Shown piece by piece: positions 60,700 through 64,000 of a stretch of DNA of 64,000 bases. Origin of the DNA: Gammaproteobacteria bacterium (lineage in GTDB: Bacteria > Pseudomonadota > Gammaproteobacteria > JAADGQ01); assembly GCA_013152295.1 (NCBI GenBank), contig JAADGQ010000112.1, positions 1,977-65,976 of the forward strand. Reading direction: 5' to 3'. The stretch's first letter is position 1. Every line of letters starts with the position of its first letter. The notes beneath the pieces are model-generated. The model did no database searches. It was not told where the DNA came from and saw only the letters and a program-made list of their open reading frames with translations. The position numbers and the translations under genes are program-made.

Positions 60700-61671
60700 C
60701 TAAGCAGAGCGGCGCAGTGATGCCCGGTGGTCCGCGAGCTGATCCGCCGTAAGCAGAAACACCCCTTCGCCGCCCCGTTTGAAGTCGAGCCAGAGAAACG
60801 GTATGTCGGGGTAGCGTTCAACCACCGCGAGGCTGAAATGGCCCACCTCGACGATGAGAATACCCTTTGGGGTGAGATACTCTATCGCCTCGTCGAGAAT
60901 GCGTACGACGATATCGAGTCCGGCCTCACCGGCGCTGAGTGCCAGCTCTGGCTCGTGGTGATACTCATCGGGCAATGCTGCCATCTCGGTGACGGGAACG
61001 TAGGGTGGATTGCTGACGATCAGATCGTAACGGCGTTTCTCGTTCTTTTTATTTGTCTCGGTCTCTAACGCACAGAACAGATCCGACTCGATGGCGTGAA
61101 CGCGCTGCTCCAGACCGAAGGCGCTGATATTGCGCTGCGCAACCGCCAACGCATCTGCAGAGATATCCACGGCATCCACCTGCGCATCGGCAAAAGCACA
61201 GGCACAGGCGATTGCGATGCAGCCGCTGCCGGTACAGAGGTCGAGAATACGCGGCTGGTGCGGATTGCTGAGCCACGGTTCAAAGTGGTTGTCGATCAGT
61301 TCGGCGATGGGTGAACGTGGTATCAGCACGCGCTCATCCACATAAAAACAGAGCCCGGCAAACCACGCTTCGTGAATGAGATAAGGGGTTGGTAGGCGCT
61401 CTTTGATGCGGCGACCCATGAGCTCAACGGCGGCGCGGCGCTCACTGCTGGTGAGTCGTGTCGGCAATATCTCTGAGGGGAAATCTGCGGGCATATGCAG
61501 TGTGTGCAATACCAGCGCCAGGGCGTCGTCAAAGGCGTTGTCGTTGCCGTGGCCGAAAAACAGCTCTGCTTCGTTGAAGCGGCTGGCTCCCCAGCGCACC
61601 AGGTCTTGCAACGTGCGCAGCTCTGCAACAGCTTCATCGCAGGCGCGCTGCAGCGGATCGTTCATTGTCAT
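60700..61671 (-). CDS. prmB: 50S ribosomal protein L3 glutamine N5-methyltransferase
   Basis: Collinear with E. coli PrmB/Yfc[18 protein letters not shown] motif, NPPYV catalytic motif, C-terminal [20 protein letters not shown]. Confidence 0.88.
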   Translation of the reverse strand: MTMNDPLQRACDEAVAELRTLQDLVRWGASRFNEAELFFGHGNDNAFDDALALVLHTLHMPADFPSEILPTRLTSSERRAAVELMGRRIKERLPTPYLIHEAWFAGLCFYVDERVLIPRSPIAELIDNHFEPWLSNPHQPRILDLCTGSGCIAIACACAFADAQVDAVDISADALAVAQRNISAFGLEQRVHAIESDLFCALETETNKKNEKRRYDLIVSNPPYVPVTEMAALPDEYHHEPELALSAGEAGLDIVVRILDEAIEYLTPKGILIVEVGHFSLAVVERYPDIPFLWLDFKRGGEGVFLLTADQLADHRASLRRSA

Positions 61672-61725
61672 GGGTTATTGCTATCCAGGGGTAAGTTGAT
61701 GGGGGGATGGTGTCGTGTCAGCACT

Positions 61726-64000
61726 TTATGTCTGCTGGAGAACCTCTTTTTTCCAGTAGCGGGTCAACCGTTTGTGCGAGACCGGCAGCTCTGTGCCAAG
61801 CTCTTGAGCGTATAACGAAACGCGAAACTCTTCCAGCATCCAGCGATACTGTTGCAACGCTGCGCTGTGGTGGTGCGGGTTTTCTGCGCGGGTGCAATAG
61901 GCGTCCCATAAAGGAGCAAACTCCAGACGTTGGCTGCGATCGCGGCGTGGCTCTTGCTCCAGTTTGTCGAGGCGCTTGTTGATGGCGTTGATGTAGCGGG
62001 GAAACTGCTTCAGCCACAGCATCGGTGTGCGCTCGATAAAGTGGGGGTAGATCAGCTGGTCGAGCTGGGCGTGAATGTCACTGATGCTGTCCAACCACTG
62101 CATACGTGGTTTTTTGAGTCGTTTGCGCAGTTGTTGGTGGCTCTTTAATATGGGTTCACACAGTTTGCACAGTGCGACCAGTTTCTTTGGCAGTGCCATT
62201 TGGATGTCGTTTTGAAGCTGTTGAAACTGTTCACGGTTGGTCGCGACGGTATCGCCGTCAAGGTCGTTGATGGCTGCGCTGAGCAGGTCTCGTTTGAGGT
62301 TGTCTGCTGAGTCGAGGCCCACACCGTAGAGGGCGAGCGTGTCGATGGCGCCACGCATGGATGTGGCTGTTTTGGGTAGCCGGTTGATGATGAGTTGTCT
62401 GACCCCGTGGCGTTGTGCGACGAGCGCTTTGTCATGGCTGTCGAATGCTCTTAACGCAACCCTTGACCCTTCTCGCTGCAGCGCCAGGTAGATGGTCAAC
62501 GCCACGCCGTGCACGGTGACTTCGCGCGCAGCGGGCAGTTCGTCAAAACTCCATTCACTCACCGTTTTCTGCTCCAGCGACTGTTGGGGATTTTGTTCGA
62601 TCGCTTCATCGATGCAGCGGCTGGCAACAGCATCGACCTGAGCTTGCAGCTGTTGCAGGTTGCGGCCTTCATCGATAGTCGCACCCGCACTATCGATGAC
62701 TCGGATGTTCATGAGCAGATGGCTATCCAGCGGCTGGGTCTGCCACGCCTCTTCTGGCACGGTGATGCCGGTGATTTTTCGCAGGTGGGCGGCGATGCTG
62801 GGTGCCAGGAGTTGTTGATAGGGCGTTAGTGCATCCAGGCAGGCATCTGCAAAGTCGGGGGCAGGTACAAAATTGCGCCGCAGCTGTTTGGGCAGTGACT
62901 TGATCAGTGCCACCACCTTTTCATGCAGTAGACCTGGCACCAGCCAGTCGCAGTGTGCGGGTTGCAGTCGGCTGAGTAGCGGCAGTGGCGTGATCAGTGT
63001 GACGCCATCGTGTTGGTGCGACGGATCAAAATGGTACTCGAGCGGATAGCTGACGCCGTTAACAGTGAGTGTGTCGGGAAAGCGATCCTGAGTGATGTGA
63101 TCGGCATCGTGCTGCATTAAATCGTTGCGCTGCAGTAGCAGAATGTCGGCCTCTCTCTTTTCTGCCTGTTTGCGCCACTGCTCAAACAGTGGCACGTTAT
63201 AGATCTCTGCGGGGATGCGCTGATCATAAAATTGATAGAGCACCTGCTCGTCAACCAGAATATCGCGGCGCCGTGATTTGGCCTCCAGCGCCATCAATTC
63301 GCCAATTAATTCGAGATTCTGTTGCAGAAATTTTGGCGGGTTGCGCAGCTCGCCGTTGACCAGCGCACCACGGATAAAAATCTCTCGCGCCTCTTGTGGT
63401 GCGATTGGACCGTAGTTGATTGTGCGTTGGGGGTTGATCACCAGTCCGTAGAGCGTGGTTTTTTCAAAGGCACGCACCTGGCCCGCATTTTTCTCCCAGC
63501 GTGGTTCGCTGTAGCTGCGTTTGAGCAGGTGCGTTGCTTTCTCTTCAACCCACTGGGGTGAGATCTCGGCGGCGGTGCGGGCGTAGAGTTTGCTGGTTTC
63601 AACCAGCTCTGCGGCCATTAGCCATTTGGGCGCAGTGGCGCGCCTCTCTTTTTTTTCGTGTGCCTTGTCGCTGTTTTGGCTGCTCTCTTGCTTCTGTTGC
63701 CGGTGTGATCTTTTCTGAAACAGCCCCGAGCCGGGAAAGAGAAAAAATTTACGGTTACGTGCGCCGCTGTAGCACTGCGCATCATCTTTGAAACCGATCT
63801 GTCCCAACAGGCCACACAGCAGTGAGCGATGAATGGCGTCGTAGTCTGCCGGTTGTTCATTGATGCGCAGTTTCAGCTCGTTGATGGTCTGCTCGATCTG
63901 ACGGTGGGTGTCTTGCCATTCGCGCATGCGCATGTAGGCGAGAAACTGCTCCCGGCACCAGCGGCGCTGTTGATTATGGCTTGATTTTTGGCGCTGCTGC
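61726..64000 (-). CDS. hrpA: ATP-dependent RNA helicase HrpA, C-terminal region (5' end beyond the right edge)
   Basis: The 735-aa track ORF (first Met at 63933) stays open to the window edge. Content matches the HrpA-specific C-terminal domain (DUF3418-like: LKLRINEQPADYDAIHRSLLCGLLGQIG...). The helicase core would lie upstream, outside the window. Confidence 0.75.
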   Translation of the reverse strand, partial: QQRQKSSHNQQRRWCREQFLAYMRMREWQDTHRQIEQTINELKLRINEQPADYDAIHRSLLCGLLGQIGFKDDAQCYSGARNRKFFLFPGSGLFQKRSHRQQKQESSQNSDKAHEKKERRATAPKWLMAAELVETSKLYARTAAEISPQWVEEKATHLLKRSYSEPRWEKNAGQVRAFEKTTLYGLVINPQRTINYGPIAPQEAREIFIRGALVNGELRNPPKFLQQNLELIGELMALEAKSRRRDILVDEQVLYQFYDQRIPAEIYNVPLFEQWRKQAEKREADILLLQRNDLMQHDADHITQDRFPDTLTVNGVSYPLEYHFDPSHQHDGVTLITPLPLLSRLQPAHCDWLVPGLLHEKVVALIKSLPKQLRRNFVPAPDFADACLDALTPYQQLLAPSIAAHLRKITGITVPEEAWQTQPLDSHLLMNIRVIDSAGATIDEGRNLQQLQAQVDAVASRCIDEAIEQNPQQSLEQKTVSEWSFDELPAAREVTVHGVALTIYLALQREGSRVALRAFDSHDKALVAQRHGVRQLIINRLPKTATSMRGAIDTLALYGVGLDSADNLKRDLLSAAINDLDGDTVATNREQFQQLQNDIQMALPKKLVALCKLCEPILKSHQQLRKRLKKPRMQWLDSISDIHAQLDQLIYPHFIERTPMLWLKQFPRYINAINKRLDKLEQEPRRDRSQRLEFAPLWDAYCTRAENPHHHSAALQQYRWMLEEFRVSLYAQELGTELPVSHKRLTRYWKKEVLQQT

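Overview
GC-rich chromosomal segment, apparently gammaproteobacterial, and dominated by conserved housekeeping operons. Plus-strand and minus-strand operons include dxs-ispA-xseB (dxs truncated at the left edge), icd, gluQ, sodB, ftsH, ribF-ileS-lspA-ispH (no fkpB), the complete atpZ/I-BEFHAGDC F1Fo ATP synthase operon, glmU-glmS, mrcA divergent from pilMNOPQ-aroK-aroB, prmB and the 3' part of hrpA (5' end beyond the window). Four accessory regions stand out. First, a NikR-regulated Nik/Cbi-type ECF nickel transporter (nikR plus four genes) with an unusual first component and a His-rich tail on the ATPase. Second, a 1473-aa secreted multi-domain beta-helix protein ending in a Gly-run/TM/basic tail that looks like a sorted C-terminal anchor. 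Third, a fimT-pilV-pilW-pilX-pilY1-pilE minor-pilin operon with an oversized (about 1600 aa) PilY1. Fourth, a roughly 620-aa lipoprotein made of invasin-type Ig-like repeats inserted between pilQ and aroK, apparently co-transcribed with the type IV pilus machinery genes; this is the most unusual item. Other points are a possible frameshifted DedA/PAP2 fusion, an AT-rich patch with a small membrane protein, and a DUF123-like GIY-YIG gene wedged between icd and gluQ. I found no tRNA, rRNA, CRISPR array, transposase or integrase. The many antisense ORFs in the supplied track are GC-driven artefacts.
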